Below, piece by piece: positions 61,721 to 64,000 of a stretch of DNA of 64,000 nucleotides. The first letter of the stretch is position 1, and every line of letters begins with the position of its first letter. The stretch lies in contig NC_083227.1 of NCBI RefSeq assembly GCF_032191835.1, positions 142,166,001 to 142,230,000 on the forward strand, given 5' to 3'. The notes under the pieces are model-generated. The model did no database searches and had not been told where the DNA came from. It saw only the letters and a list, made by a program, of their open reading frames with translations. Position numbers and translations under genes: made by a program. The DNA is from Heteronotia binoei (Eukaryota).

Positions 61721-64000
61721 TTCTTACTCCATGAAGTCTGATGGATGGATGGATGGATACAGCCCAATTTGGTTTTTAAACAGAAGAACCCCTTAATATT
61801 AAGATTCTCAACCCACCCCACCCCCCCAATATGCAATATGTTTCACCCCTCTAAATTTGCTCGTGCACAATAGATATAGAGAGTGAGGAAGCTCTCAGAT
61901 TCTCTACAATGACTGAGAATGTACTGCCATCACTGCAACCATGCTCAACACGCAGGCGTGGGGGGAAAACTTTCCAGTAGCTACTTTGATGGCTTAAACC
62001 TGAAATATTCCTGGAACCCATGTCAACAATGGTTGAGAAACACTGATTTACAGATAATATTGTACTACCTGCCCTTTGTACATTCTGGCTTAAATCCTCT
62101 TGGTTTTCCTTGTTTCTAATTCACTATTTCCTTTTCTCTTCCCACTTCACTTACTGTTATTCAACCTCTCCCAGGTAATAACTAAATATAGACAATTTGA
62201 ATTTTCTGAGTTTGATACTAATGGTGGGTACCAACACTGGTAACCGCAGAAGAACCAAGGCAATAGTTTCAGATGCTGCTCCTGATGTCACTTAGGATGC
62301 TATTATAATGGCTCTATAAACAGGTAAAGAGCTCCAAGATCAAGGTGGAATGTACAATAAAAAATAGCTTAGTTCAGACATCACATCAAACCACAGTTTG
62401 CGCTGATAATTATTTCAGAACAATATACTTCTAGCGTCCAAAAATGTAAAGACAAACAATGGTTTGAAACTGCTTGCCTCCTTTCATTTACTATCTACTC
62501 AACACTCCTATTTCTATGATGTTGCTATGATCTGACAATTCAGACATTACATCAAACTACAGCTATCACAACCACCATCACAAATAATAGCTTGGTGGCT
62601 CAGATCAGGGATCATGCTGAACTGCAGGATAACTACCAGTTTGCACCATTCATTAATTTTAATTGTCAGAAGGGGAAAATATCATTTAATAGTTTGTTTC
62701 CTATTATAGTAAAACATGAGAAATCATAAACATGCAGTCGTACCAACTAAAAATTTTCCTTGTTGATCAAGCAATTGTCGGTATCCCAACTAAAATTTCA
62801 AGCCTCATAAAGCTATGTTCTAGCTATAACTTCTCTGTTGAGAAATTCTAAGTATGATATTGATCTTGCTTCCTATATGGAATATTAAATATCCATTCAC
62901 CAAAACCCTGCTGGTGGCATTTTCCCCCCTCTGCCGAACACATATGATTAGCAAAAATGCTAATTTACTAACTGCTTTTAATAGTATTTTATAAGTACTA
63001 ATAATACCTGGAGTTTTAAATACAAAATTCTCAAAATGAACATATTGTTTCATTTTGAAGACAAGGTAGTTCTTACGTGCTGCACAAAGAAATATCAAAA
63101 TCAATATTCATAATCGCTATGCCATTAAAGGTCTGGATGGATGAATATTCACAACCTGAGATGTTTTAGATATACATGCTCATTCACAAATTTCAAGAGA
63201 AAATTCCAATTTCATTTTTAGCTAAGCAAGATGGTCTACATCCTATGTGAGGAAGCAGGCTCTGGCCTAGCAGGTTCAAAAAGTGTTATTACTATGCTCC
63301 TCAACTGAAAGAAACACCATACAACTGCTTTCCTACGACAATCCAAAATAAAACTAGTTTTAGTACTGATATTAATGTAACCATCAAAAACAAATGAGAA
63401 CATAAAAGGAATTAGCAGCTTTATACTAAGCATTTCAAAAGCAAATTTTAGACATGCAAGACTGTGTTCTCTGTTTAAAAAACATCAGCATTTTCTAAAA
63501 GCTACGTTCATATGCTTAAGGCTGCCACAAAATGCCAGCTTCATGGAATGTTATTTACAGCTTAACGAGAGTTATACCAGACTAGAAATTTTTTTATAAA
63601 CTTCCAACTCAAATATTTCAAATAGCTAGCAACAACACCACTGATAATTTTTTTGTCAGCAAAAAATTGTTTTACTATGATTTATTTCTCAATTTTAAAA
63701 TCAAAATTTAATTTGGCTCATACACATTCTGTCTTTTAAATAACGTAGATAAAAACTACTATCCAAACTATTAATGGTTATTGGGTTAACATATCACCAA
63801 GAAAAACAAAATTTAAAATAATTTAAAAACTTTACAATGATGACCCACCCAAACTGTGTATTGATATACACAACTTTGAGAAAAGGCAACTTTGCTTGTT
63901 TAACCAACCTGAATGTGGTTAAAAGATTAGTTTGAATTAGATACATGTTTAATCTTATTTTTTTTCTTATCTCACATTTGTTAAAACATGACACGTTGTT

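Larger units (their letters stand above)
15528..64000 (-). other. NR3C1: Part of the large NR3C1 intron upstream of zinc finger 1; the large N-terminal exon is outside the window
   Basis: No N-terminal-domain ORF appears in the track. A very large intron at this position is typical of vertebrate NR3C1. Confidence 0.8.

Noticed and set aside
15528-64000. Autoregulatory glucocorticoid response elements
   Set aside because: No full AGAACAnnnTGTTCT-type palindrome was spotted by eye. A PWM scan is needed, and half-sites are expected by chance.

Overview
Vertebrate genomic DNA. The repeat content points to a squamate reptile, possibly a gecko (inference). The only host gene is the glucocorticoid receptor NR3C1 on the minus strand. 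Two coding exons are present: zinc finger 1 (15364-15527) and zinc finger 2 (8631-8747), with the human exon-3/exon-4 phases. Everything else is intronic: more than 48 kb of the large upstream intron, a 6.6 kb intron between the fingers, and more than 8.6 kb of the next intron, which includes a 261-N gap. The introns are packed with repeats: a 3.4 kb GC-rich minisatellite, a CR1-tail tandem array, an 896 bp palindrome, a near full-length CR1, L1, L2, Rex1, RTE/BovB, nested DIRS, Penelope-like pieces, SINEs and many hAT/TcMar MITEs. I see no unknown multi-gene system. The best leads are: (1) an intact minimal hammerhead ribozyme in a ~195 bp Penelope/retrozyme-like monomer; (2) loss of the tandem splice donor that makes GR-gamma; (3) an L1 flanked by a ~347 bp target duplication; (4) a minisatellite whose unit combines a 19 bp hairpin, a G4 tract, an AP-1 site and a sense-strand consensus 5' splice site; (5) a DIRS nested inside another DIRS. 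All counts and identities are by hand and approximate. Most ORFs in the supplied track are repeat artefacts.
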